From: Balanoglossus misakiensis
Taxonomy: Eukaryota; Animalia; Hemichordata
Reading direction: 5' to 3'
Length of the DNA stretch: 64,000 nucleotides
Assembly: GCA_040954595.2 (NCBI GenBank)
Contig: CM082576.2
Coordinates: forward strand, 5,430,760-5,494,759
Position 1 is the first letter of the stretch, and every line of letters begins with the position of its first letter. Below, in pieces: positions 51,964 to 64,000 of this stretch. Under the pieces are notes generated by a model, which worked only from the letters and a program-made list of their open reading frames with translations, searched no databases and had not been told where the DNA came from. A program made the translations under genes and the position numbers.

Positions 51964-54900
51964 TTAATGATGATGGTGGACTGACAGAATGAGTGGAGTT
52001 AGCGAGCCAACCACTAACGCCAACAGTTCAACCTTTGTGAATCCTGGCTCTTTAATGTCCGTTCCATTTTCTTGGTCGGTCGCACCAGAAGCGTGTGAAT
52101 GCCCCTGTGAAGCTATTTCGGGTAAAACATGGACAGTAGCTACGTATAAAAATGTTCCCGCTGAAAACAACATTGCTACACCAGTGGCGTTGATTGTGTC
52201 CAAAGCTTCTTTTGTACCCTGGGAATTTAACAGAATAGAAATTATTATGTGAATCCTCCTATGCACAAGCAAGTGTACATGCTTTTACCATATCCCTATC
52301 ATGCCTCATATTTTATTATTGCCACTTGATTTTGAAAGGATTCTGATGCCTCTGTAAGAAAGTTGAAGATTCAATTGCACAACACTACACCAGCCTTCAA
52401 TTTTTTTTCATGGATCATTGTTGGTGAAAATTTAAAGTACAATATAGTTCTAGGTCACTAAAAAGTGATTTAAATCAAGTTACCTGACTAAGACCCACAT
52501 ATGTGAGAATGGCCCCAATGGGAGCGGCCATGGAAAAAATAAGTAAATGCATTCGTATCCTGTTCCTCTGCAAGTTGTCATGTAAAAGGAAGGAAACCAG
52601 ACCAAATGCGGCCGGTGCCTGGAAAGACAAAAAGGGTATTTTGGTGAACATCAACAAATTTTATAATTACAACATTAATATCACATGCCAAGCATGAAGA
52701 CTGATTTCTTTCCCAAAGGGTGACTGGAAAGATGAAACTCATTCTCAACAAGTGATAATAAACCCTGTCTTTGGAATTTGTTATGAAAATTAGTCTGAAG
52801 ATACTTTGTTAGAATGGACAGACAGACACTCAGAATATGTGTTATAAACTTCAGTGAACATCTGATTAATTATTAAAAATCCAGCAAAATGATCGTTTTT
52901 ACCTTGTGTAACATAATTGCAATGAATACAATCATTTCTACATCCGTTCTATTTGTTTTGGCAGCTGCACCCATGGCGATACCATCAGCTGTAAACAGAT
53001 ACACATCATTTTAATGAAGACATAATGCCATATGGAGACATTCATATGCATCCGATTCAACATGGTGGTGATTTATCTGATCACAGATTAAATGAATCCA
53101 ATAAATGCAGTACATCATGCATCATTCAAGAAATAATTGGGCAATTTAGCCCTAGGGTTTATCCAGATGTTCATTAGCGGTAGAATACGACTTAATTACC
53201 CACAGACAATCAAATTCCTGGAACTCAGAATGGTATCTGGCCTAAAAAGAAGTAAGCTAGGGAGGTTTGGGATCCCTTAGCCTGCTGATGAAAGACTCAC
53301 TGTAACAGCCCATGTTGTCCTACGTACCTGCAGCGTGTACTACTAATCCCAGAGTGGCTGTAATTTTACTTCTGCCTGTAGAATTATTCCTACCAGCAGT
53401 TTCAGCATCACCTATATCAAATGGACGTGATTTTTGTTAGATGATACAAGAATTGCAATGCTCTCACGATTTGAATTTCATTTTTCTAAATGACTTCAGA
53501 CATACTGAGCCTCGAATAATGGCCATTTTATAGGATGCAACAGAGAGTAGAACAAGAAACTGTAGTTTGATACAAACAACAAGACGTTACAGCAACTGAC
53601 CTGACTGGGAATGGAAGTGAGAACCACCGATTTGATCAACTAAGAGCATAAACACAAAGCCAATGACAAGAGCAAAGCCTATGTAGACATGCAGATCATC
53701 CTCAGAATGTTCATGCCCATGTTCATGTTCATGGCCATGACCTATGACATCATTAGCAGCCTCTTCCACGCCTTCTTTGGCAATATGGTGATGGTCTGTT
53801 GAAGAGAGTTAGAAAATACCAACAATTCTCAATTGGTTAAAATTAAAATATGGATAATACTTGGGAGGTGAGAAATCTATAAGTTCCACTCTACAAGTTC
53901 AGTATGTCTTTTGGAGACTGGGTATCTACACTTCATAAAACAATGTCCAATGAACAACCGTGCTATCTTACCTGGTACATTTTCATACAAAGCATGGATA
54001 CCCTCTGGTATAATCACAGCTAATGCAGTACCGACCAATAAACCAGCACCAAGAACAGTTACAAGACGCAGTTTGTCCTTTGGGGGAAAATAAAGAGCAA
54101 TGATTATACATCCACACACCTGTTGAACAACAAATTAAAACTTAAGAAAATCTGTTTTCCAATGAGTCATCAATTTCCATATTGAATACTATTGAAGTAG
54201 AAATGGTGAAAAAGATATCATAGTGAAATTTAAATTTGTTTTTATCCAAAACAATTCACTAAAGATAAAGAATTCAGTAGTAGAACAGAATGTTTTGTTA
54301 ATATTTTGTATATTTTTTTCTCCATGACTTACACCTTTACAACAATTAAGTGCACTTGCTAAATCCTCTCAAAGCTTACAATTATGATGGACCACCCACT
54401 TTCTGTTCTTTAAAGCGTAAAATATAATCAGTGTCAAAAATGTGGCAATGTGGTCACTGGACTGGTGAATTTCTTCAGATACTTTGGAAGAGTGGTTCAT
54501 TTTATAAAAAACATTGCTCAAACTCAAATTTAATGAATGAAATAAAAGTCTGATATTTTCTGTTTTTACATCGACCATTTTGATATTTTGATGTTTTATT
54601 TCTGATTTAAATTATTATCAACTGTATTCTTTGTGTCACAGTTGTTGGCGACATCTGGTGTAAGTGTGGCCTAATCTGTGTAAATGAATGAAAGCCTGAT
54701 TTGAATACGGCGATTTTTTCCCCAGCAGTCTAACCAGCCTTACAATATTAAATTGAACAAGGGCTAATCGATCGGAAACCGTGCAATTCTATGATTCTTA
54801 CCCATCGACACCTATTTGTAATCGATGTTAATGTGTACGATTTCCTTGAGAATCATGTCATCTGTACAGTTATTAAAATACATCATAATTCATATGGAAA

Positions 54901-55062
54901 CTGACATGACATAACACTGACTGTGCGACAGACTTCATGTGCCACGTCTAAAAGCAGTCTACTCACGTCTGACAAGTTGCACGCCAGTGGTATCGAGCCA
55001 GCCAGGTAACAACCGATTAACATGGCAAGAGACAGAAGCAGCAGTCTGAAAAAATCATCCAT
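51964..55062 (-). CDS. SLC39A9: Zinc transporter ZIP9, 318 aa, 7 exons
   Basis: Exons 55062-54967, 54077-53972, 53795-53601, 53411-53328, 52988-52903, 52618-52484 and 52218-51964. Motifs [17 protein letters not shown], a His-rich loop, [25 protein letters not shown] and [17 protein letters not shown]. Ends in VHHHH. Confidence 0.96.
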
Positions 55063-55282
55063 CGCTCCTCGTGTTTTCACAGATAATCGACGGAAAAACA
55101 CAAGAAGTGGATCATGGATGTAGAGAAATAGGCATCCGTTCAGATCCGATCAGTATGTGTACAGCTGAGTTTCACCCCTGCGCGATGACCCTGCGTGTAA
55201 CAATCCTTGAGGGCGCTATAATTCCCTGAACGCGTACCCCATTGAAGAATAGAGTTTGTAGCTGTCGATCTTCGAAGTGAAA
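55063..55282. promoter_or_regulatory. Bidirectional promoter shared by SLC39A9 and ERH
   Basis: Divergent start codons only 220 bp apart inside a CpG-rich island (~54650-55750). Confidence 0.75.
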
Positions 55283-56633
55283 ATGGTAATATATTTTACG
55301 TTGGTCAATAGTTTTCGATGTTTTCTTGATGATTTTCATATATTCAAATGGACAATGATAGTTCAAGTAGATTTGACTTTGTGCTAATGGCCGATTTCAG
55401 ACATTTTAGGGGTGTTGTGGTAGCTTGAAGCGCCATGCTCAAAATGTGTTGTCGGACTCGTGTGATACGCAACGCCGACTGTCTTGTTAATTTGGGCTTT
55501 CGATTTCTTAAGAGCAGGTTTTTCGGTACTGTTTTAAGGAAATCAATACGTTTGACCGTGACGTGGCATTTTGGAGAATTCTGTCAATCGCCGAATCATG
55601 CAATGTGAATGTTAGGGGTCTGGATGAAATGTACATTACTTGCATGCAACTAAAGAATGTAATGGACATGACCTAAACATCATTGCGGGGGGGGGGGGGG
55701 GGGGGGGTTACAAAGTGGGATGGCTATTAGGCCTGCAATTCACGTCGTCAAAGCTACAACACGCAATTTCAATGGGAAATTGTACATATTCTGATTAAAT
55801 TTATAATTATTATAACGAAAACAACAGTGATTTAAAAAAAATGGTATATTAAAGGAATATAACAATTAGCCTGATAGGTATGTACGTCTGACCTAACAGC
55901 TCACTGCCTTCCTTTCATTTGCAGTCACACACAATTTTATTGGTGCAGCCAGGCAAGAGGCCAGAGACAAGAACATACTCGGATTATGAGACTGTCAATG
56001 AATGCATGGAAGGTAGGTAACATTAGGGACAGACTGTGATTCGCAATTCACATTGAATCCTTGTGGTACAAAATGTCACTACTGCAAGCGGTTCAATCTT
56101 GTGAGTTTGGAGTTACAATGTACTGTTACAGTTCAACATGGTGACAAAAATATAATACAATGATTTAAAAACTCACACTTTGAAACTGCATATAGACAAG
56201 ATCAAAACCCCATAAAATACACACATGTGTTTGTTATAATACTACTCCCGATTCAGTGATATTCAAAGTACACCAATAAAATTCCATTCCAGGAGTGTGC
56301 AAGATATATGAGGAGCATCTGAAGAGAATGAACCCAAACAGTCCATCCATTACCTACGACATCAGCCAGTTGTTTGATTTCATTGACACACTTGCGGACC
56401 TCAGTTGTCTTGTGTAAGTACAAAAAAATTACCATGATCCATGGTATAATCTTTTCTGCCAGTGCATTCACAACTGACGTTCTTTTGTATTTCTGGTCAC
56501 AGTCAATTAAGTATAAGATGGTTTTTATGTTTATTGCAGTTACCAAAAATCGACAAATTCATACAACCCGTACAACAAAGATTGGATCAAGGAGAAGATT
56601 TATGTTCTGCTGCGAAAACAGGCCGGCAAATGA
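55283..56633 (+). CDS. ERH: Enhancer of rudimentary homolog, 101 aa, 4 exons
   Basis: ATG-only first coding exon 55283-55285 (ATG|gtaat, inferred), then 55925-56012, 56293-56413 and 56540-56633. Translation: [101 protein letters not shown]. Absent from the ORF track. Confidence 0.95.
55687..55707. repeat. Poly-G tract (others at ~56669-56687 and ~62955-62968; poly-C at ~10297-10308)
   Basis: Uninterrupted G run of about 20 nt. Confidence 0.85.
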
Positions 56634-59517
56634 CGTGGTTGTGCTCAAGATGAAAAGATGGAATCTGAGGGGGGGGGGGGGGGGGGGAGTTGCCATGTTC
56701 ATGAAAACTTTTTAAAAATCATGTTCTGTTAAGTGTCCGGTACCATTTTGCAAGGTAGCTCAATACTGGTAATTATGGGGAGATTAAGAATGCTATCACT
56801 TTCCAAAGGGTCTGTAACCTGTAAACCAGTACTGTTTTCCCGCAAGGCAGTATGTGTACCTGGCCTTAAATGAATGTTTGTACTGCCCTCATTGAGGAAT
56901 ACATGTAAACAGAGACACTATTTTGCACCTGATTTTTAAAAGAAAGTATTGACCTGTGGTACAGATTAGTAAGCATTGTACTCTTATTTTGATGTCAGAG
57001 AATAAGTAGTGTTCAGTAGAAAATTTCTGTTCAGGTACTAGTAGTTGTTTTATGTTGTGATTGTATTTGAAATGCCCATACAAATGTGAAATCGCAGTGC
57101 AGTGAGTTGAGTCATGTCTGTAGAAGATTGATGGGTTCGAACACAGCTTTTAACAGCAAATATTTAACCAGCTTTTTATTTCTTGCAAATGAGATTTTCA
57201 TGTCCCTTATATTCCTGTTAATTTTTCAAGTAAATTTCAACACTACTGACAGATTGGAGTCAATTGAAACTTTCAACTTTATTTCTGCATTGTATTTTTC
57301 AATATCTGTAAGTTTTTACTATTATTAAAGTCTGGTGATAAGTACTTGTGTTATGTAGAAGTCATAGTTGCGGAATGTGAACTTACGACTCCCATATCTG
57401 CTGAAACAATTGAATGATCCTTGTTCTTCAGTTGCATCAGGCGATTCTATTGTAATATTTAAGGGGTAAATGTTCACAGTGTGTAATAGTCAACAACTAC
57501 ATGTACATGAGTAATTTCATAGACTTATCTACAAATGTGCCTGAGATACAAGTGTAACCTATCAACCCATACAAAATAAAACACATTCACACAGCGCCCT
57601 CATTGGACAAGAATCGCTTACTTTCTTTATTGCACACTAGCAGTTACATAACCAATATATACATAGAACTCTTCACAATAATCAATATTTCTGTACAATA
57701 AATTCTGGGCAACAGTACTCGTATTCTCACTCTCATTCTCAAAAACAAAATTATGAAAAAATTTATAATAAAATCATTCAGTACTGAAAAAAGGGCAACA
57801 ATAAAAGGCAATACATGTTGAACATGCTCCAAAGGTAGAAAATAACCCCCACACTTGAAAACCTAAGGCTGTCTTCATCAAAGGTTATTGGTTGCAAAGC
57901 TGACAGTTGCCAAAGGACTTTTGTTTTTACTGAAGTATAATTACTGAAAACTGACTATGATGATGTCATAATGCTGGCTCCAGTTGATGTTACCACAGTG
58001 GGTATCAACATGTGGTAATTCTAATCGTTCACACAAAGGATTCTTTTGAAAGTACACTGTAGACCGGTATATATAAGTTGGCAATGCCACAGAGGACAGA
58101 CTTCATCAGGAAAAATACTGATTCACGTATTTATACAGCTATGGTTTTCAACAACAGTGCATCACATTTTGGGTGATTAAACTTTTGTGCAAAATTATCT
58201 AAATTCTCAACTTTTTGTTAACTACATTTTCGTGTAATGAAAATTCTTAGACATGGAAATTTAAGCCCATGTTGATCTAAATGTGTAAATCATTGTGTAA
58301 AAATTTCAAAATACTGAAATGTGGAGTTAGGTACTAGAGCAGGGAGAATTAGTTACCATAGTTACAAATCTCAGAAATAATCTGAGGTGCCCTACAGCAT
58401 TATTCTCACAATGCTGCATGGGTCACTGAAGGTTACAAAGCAAAGTAAGATACTAACATTCACTATTTCAAGGTTTTACAAAAAATAGAAAATGAAATCA
58501 AATTAGTACAAACACCGCCTGTCATTGCGTCCCAATTACTGTGTAGAAAATAAAGTTATGTACATTTTGTGTGGACCACAATAAAAATCACATAGATATC
58601 TGAGAAGTCTACTGGCAACTTGAAAAGTTGTAACAACATCTGGGATTGGATGCTCTTAGGATGGAAAGTAAGATGGGATCTGATTGGTTGTCACTGTTCT
58701 TGCCTTTGTGGGATTAGCAAAAGGGTAGCTTAAAAACAGACATTGACAGATAACAAGAATAGCATATCACATACTAAATAACTACGATAAAATTTCAGTT
58801 GGAGGGGGGCATAAGGCTAAACAGTTGCAGCTGGTTATAAATTGACAGACAAAAAATTACATATTAAAATTTTCAGTTCTTGTAAAATCTTATGGATCCG
58901 TAAAAGTAGTTCTTACATAAAAAGAGGACTTGGCACGGGAGCCCTCTATGTTTGCACCTGCCTTTATAGTATCCTGGTACTTTGCATAATCTGTTGGCAG
59001 TCTAAAATATTTGTAATTTCTATTCAGTTTCTTCTAATTAAACTCTGGGTTAATTTTTTGTACCTTCACTATATGCAGCTTAAAAAAAATTAAAAAGTGC
59101 ACGGTTAAATTTCACTCCTAAATAAATTCTTAAATAATGCACAAACTTTTAGTTAAAGTGCTCGAAAATTGTAGTACATGTACGCAGATATTTTCAATGG
59201 TGTAACTTTGTTACTTTTCTCAGTTGGACCTGCTGAGCTCACCATTGTCATTAAGGCCAATATTGAATAATTACTCAAATAGGTCCTGATTGGCTATAAA
59301 CAGCCATATCTGAACTACAGCTGTGTTTCAAACCAATTAAAATAATCCTTGAATGATTTTGATGTGTGCAAATGTCAAGACTAAAAAGGGGAAAGTCGTA
59401 CCTGAGCATAAAGGTAATAGTTTTAACATGGTTTGGCACTGTCAAACAACGGACAGAACATAAAAAAGACGAACGAAATAAAATCACATTGCATAATATA
59501 AAATATCGTACGAAAAA

Positions 59518-62500
59518 TCACAACTTGTGGAGGTCCCAAAGTTGCGAGTTTTGGTTCAAGTCACAGGTGGACACCACTAATCTATTCTGCACTCCCTTTG
59601 CAAGGTAACTGTCAAGGCACAGTCCTGTTGGCTGGTGCTTCAGCGCTTTGTCCTTAAAGGTCCATTTCTGTTTGACATCTGATCTATTGCACGGTGAGAG
59701 GAAGACTTTTGAACTCGGCCCATTGGATGAAACGGTCAGACAAAATTCTTTGTGGCGCAGGTTAGACTGAGAAGTCAGAGCCCATTCCTTTTGAAATTAG
59801 AAAAAACGTAATTATAACATGATGATAAAACTAAAAGGTTAACTTTATGTATTTCAAATTCGTCCAAAAACATGAACCTCCTTTTACTGGTTTGAAATGT
59901 TCCGATGGCGTACGGGGAAAAAAAACCCAGATAGGATAAGCTCTTTACCCGACAGCACTGTCACTACGATGCGACATACAGCAATAAGAAAGTGAACAGC
60001 AAATCAAGGCTTACGAATACTCACACAAGACCCATCACACATAGAATCAACAAAAAGCAACTGATTTTAAGTCATCAGAAGATGCCAAAAGATAGATGCC
60101 AAAACTCTCAGCCATATACACACCTGATTGCCACCACTGCCATGGCATTTGAAGAGCCCTAGAGGACCCATGCCATTGTTTTTAGCAGACAGACTATCAA
60201 GGCACATGTCGTCCTGTCTCACTTCGATAAAAGTTTTCTCATCTGGAACTCTGGGAAGACAGAATCAAAATGGACGTAGGTGAGTGTCAACACACCTCTG
60301 AAATACTGAAATAAGTTCAAACTACTGTCTTCAGAAAATGCAACTAGTTCACCAATAAAATACAACCACAATATAATTGCTACATTTTTCCCCCCTTAAC
60401 GGTTCCCAGATGGTCTTACTGTTAAATTTGTCACTGATAAGGGAGGCCACATTCAAATTTATGGCCACAACTATCTTTGAGACCTTGCAGCTAGCATGCA
60501 CATGAATCATTGCAACTTCAGAAGCAGTTTTGGAATTTCCAAACAATGCTTTAATGTTCGTTTCATGGTCATGTGTAGACTTCAGGGAATCAACAATGGC
60601 ATCTCAAGATGGTTCTTAAATTACAGGCTTCCATTAGACATGTTACAGTTCTCAGATACTGTGTTACAGTTCAGTAACCAGACATGTTATAAAGCTATGC
60701 TGTCGTAGTTTCACAGCTGCTCACTTGGACCACTTTCACCTTGAATCTTACGATGAAAATGGAGCAATTCCCAAGAAAACAGGTTATCGAGTTTTTGAAC
60801 ACTTGCAAAGTTTGGCGAAACAGAATGAAAACAAGCACAGTCAAACAAATATTCAAACATCACTTTACTTACTTCAGTTCAGGATAGACTGTTTCTAAAT
60901 ACCATTTGAAAGACTTGCAGTTTAAACTCTCTCGTAATTTCTTCCTCTCTTCAATACTAGAAAGTCAAATACAAGACATGGAAGCATTAAGGGTATATTA
61001 TTTCAAATTTATGACCAAACAATGCAACCAACACACTAGCAAGATTTAATTCTCTCCTCTGATTTTGATATTTTTTCAGTTGGCAAAATTGTACTTACTT
61101 GCCATACGGCTTTCCCTTGGCAGAAGGTCTGGCTGCATAAAAGTATTTCTTGTATTCATCCATCCACACCTCTGCTGTTCTTCTTGTATTTCTAAATACA
61201 AATATAAACAAACAAAACAAAACAAATTATTGTTCAACCTCCAGTGTATGCTGAAATACACAACTTATAAATCTTCCACATGGAATCTTGGGTATTCAAA
61301 TGAGTTCCTTACTTGATGTATGTATTTGCATTGCCCTCTGGGAAAGTGTATGGATGCTTCTTGCGGAAAACATGTCCGACCCTGCTACACGGAATAATCT
61401 CCAGACTGCCACCGCACATCCAAGTGCGGAAAGATATTTCTGCAATAACAAACATCAACATTTATGTCACCATGTCCGTCATCACATCAAATTGACTCAG
61501 ATGACCTAACCATACAACAGACACTCACCAAAATTTTCCCCTCCCCAGATATCCATCATGGTATCATATTGACCCAGGTGGTCAAACCATTCCTTATCAA
61601 TCATGAACAAGCCTCCAGCAATCATTGGTGTTCTGAAATAACAAAAAAGAAATCAAATAAAGAAAATGATTAGGTCATTTTAATCTACCAGTGCTTTTTT
61701 AATACCACTATGATGTAACACCAACTATGGGAATCTTTCCCCTGATTACAATTTGATGTCAACTTTAATTCCTGTATTTTTGACATTTTGAATGATGACA
61801 ATCTCCAATCAATAATCATTACTAAGATAAAATACTGAGAGTAAACACGCTGTAATGAATTCTGCAAAATCAAACAATGGCATTTTTTGTAACATGATAT
61901 CTTTCAAGTAACAGTGTAATGATTGCACAGACTGTAATATTTGAACTTTCATGTTTCCAAAGACCAGACCAACAGCTGTGCATAGGCTGAGCAAACATTG
62001 TTGAAAATACTGTAGAGACCAGTTGTATCACTAGAAATTACATGTATGATTGATGTGGGGGTTTTTAATATTCTTTATAAACATTTTCCACAAAAAAACA
62101 TTATGTTCATTAACATTAAAATGGAAGATAGGAATATAAAAACATTGACGGTAAAATGGATACAAAGTACTATAATTGGAGTTGATTATGTAATGTCAGC
62201 CATCCTGATGAGAATGGTAATGACAGTTCAAAAAGCAATGGCCTAATTATGTTGTTGACTTAATAATTTACAAATGGTCATTGTATTACATTACGATTAC
62301 ATGTAATGTATATTTTATGGAGCAGTTCTACTTGTTTAACAGGGAAGGCTGTGGGAACCACACTGCCAATGTTCAGAGAGCAACACAGTGTTACCTTTGA
62401 CCCCCAAGATCCTCTACACTCCTCTTTTCTGATATGGAAGAATTTTGTTTGCTACACAGGTGGTCAATTCACCATTGCTTGGCTGTCTTTTATTCAATCT

Positions 62501-63447
62501 CACTATTCCATGTCTATCTTTGGAAGAACATTGTAGTATCTTTAACACATTGAATGCCGACAACCAAACCACCATTACCTTATGGGTTCAATGTTATCCT
62601 TACGGGACTGCCTCTGTTCATTGCTCATGTGTTCCCACTTGAAGTGTAAGCTCCAATCAAATCCTGCAAATTGTCAAATCTCACATTAGATGTTTTTAAT
62701 TACAAGCACACACAAATATAGTACATTGATGTTAGTTTTTTAATACATCCCAATGAAACTTTGCACTCAAAAAAACTTAAATAAAAAAGAACGACATTAA
62801 TACCAGTGAATTTACCATAACCTACCGTTGCTGCATGGTGACTGTTTGTTACCAAAAATGAAGTATAAAATCACGATATTATTGTGATCATTCAAAATTT
62901 AAGAGAGCGAACCGCAAACCTTATCAAATTTGGGGGTTAATCCATTTTAATGGTGGGGGGGGGGGGGGTAATGGTTAGTTGAGGTCTGAGATGTGTCGAG
63001 CAGGAGAATCACTGGGAAATGAAGGAAGCTACGATGAAGATATCTGAACTGGTTTAGAAAGAATGAAAAAAGAGATAGCAAGCAAGGCATCTTGGGTTTA
63101 ATCTTGTTAAGAGCCTTGGGTACATTTTGATCAACAGTCATGTCAGTAAGAAGGAGAATTCATAAAATTGAGATGAAAATGGAAGATAGGAAAGTAAAAA
63201 TCTGAAAAAAGAGGTAGAATGACCTATGACCTACAACTGCTGATCAATACGTAACCACCTTTCCCATATTTTATTTTATTTTTTTCAGGCATTATTTTTC
63301 GCTGGTTTTGAATTTTCCATGCAGAGAGAGTTTCCTTGATCGTTTACCTCCCCTGAACAAGGCATTGCCAAGTTGTGTAGCTCCTCGATATTCAAATGTG
63401 TCCAGGTCTATTACGTCAATAACCGGACTGATCAACCGAGTGGAGTC
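59518..63447 (-). CDS. GALNT16: Polypeptide N-acetylgalactosaminyltransferase, GALNT14/16 subfamily (3' portion; 5' exons lie beyond the window)
   Basis: Exons 63447-63348, 62663-62579, 61632-61529, 61439-61313, 61191-61099, 60956-60873, 60250-60124 and 59787-59518, with consistent phases. Motifs [85 protein letters not shown], and a ricin-B lectin (CLD..CHG.GGNQEW). Confidence 0.88.
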
Positions 63448-64000
63448 CTGAAGTAAATGAAAAATCAAGTACAATGTCCACATGGTGCAGAATACGTACG
63501 GTCTCCTAAATATGCACGTAATTTTATGATGGGATGTCTGGTGCTGTCATCTGTGATTGGTCCATACAATCCACGTAGTCAGGATTAATATTAAAAGCCA
63601 CACCATTTGCCTTGGATCCAAAAAATTCTATTTTGGGACTCGTTTATTGAGTACAAGTTTTACTAACAACCTATAACTGTTGTTAAGATCAAGATCAAAC
63701 TACGTGTACTTTTATGAAGACGTTTTTTTCTGTCAAAACGTAATTATACAATAGCAAGCTTTTTTGTAACATAAGATTGACTCATTTTAGCTATTCTTCT
63801 GTTAAGCTATATAACTTGTTTAAAGCAGGATATTATAATACATGTACCATTATACAAGTACATGCATATACAAAGGGATACTTGGTTTCAGTAAAAATAA
63901 AACAATTATTGTAAATATCCAGCTGACCAGTAAATAATCAACACAATTGAGCAGAGAAGAGAGACAGTAACCATGGTGATAGGAGTGACAGTGACAGGGA

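Noticed and set aside
10217-59520. Several genes end in TGA (selenocysteine or readthrough?)
   Set aside because: The stops for HTD2, ERH, JKAMP and GALNT fall near the normal family C-termini, and no SECIS was recognised for any gene.

Overview
This is eukaryotic (metazoan, probably marine invertebrate) genomic DNA with GT-AG spliced genes, so most entries in the ORF track are exon fragments or noise. Eight genes were reconstructed by hand with splice phases checked. In order: an F-box/LRR gene (+, 2 coding exons), mitochondrial HTD2/MaoC dehydratase (+, 4), isthmin (-, 5), a transmembrane + zinc-finger + LRR + BC-box protein with an LRRC58-like C-terminus (+, 10), JKAMP (-), SLC39A9/ZIP9 (-, 7), ERH (+, 4, head-to-head with ZIP9) and the 3' part of a GALNT14/16-type GalNAc transferase (-, truncated by the window end). 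Non-coding features include MITEs (one intact with a 9-bp TSD), a ~120-bp tandem repeat hit twice by one MITE family, Helentron/Helitron-like remnants, microsatellites and sharp CpG-rich/CpG-poor domains. The most interesting observation is the 513-aa LRR protein. It joins an N-terminal membrane anchor and a SHI/STY(LRP1)/DUS1L-type Cys/His zinc finger to an LRRC58-like cullin-adaptor module, suggesting a membrane-tethered CRL2/5 substrate receptor. Also notable are a CaaX-ended F-box protein and the GALNT16-ERH-SLC39A9 microsynteny shared with human 14q24.1. All homology calls come from recalled motifs, not database searches.
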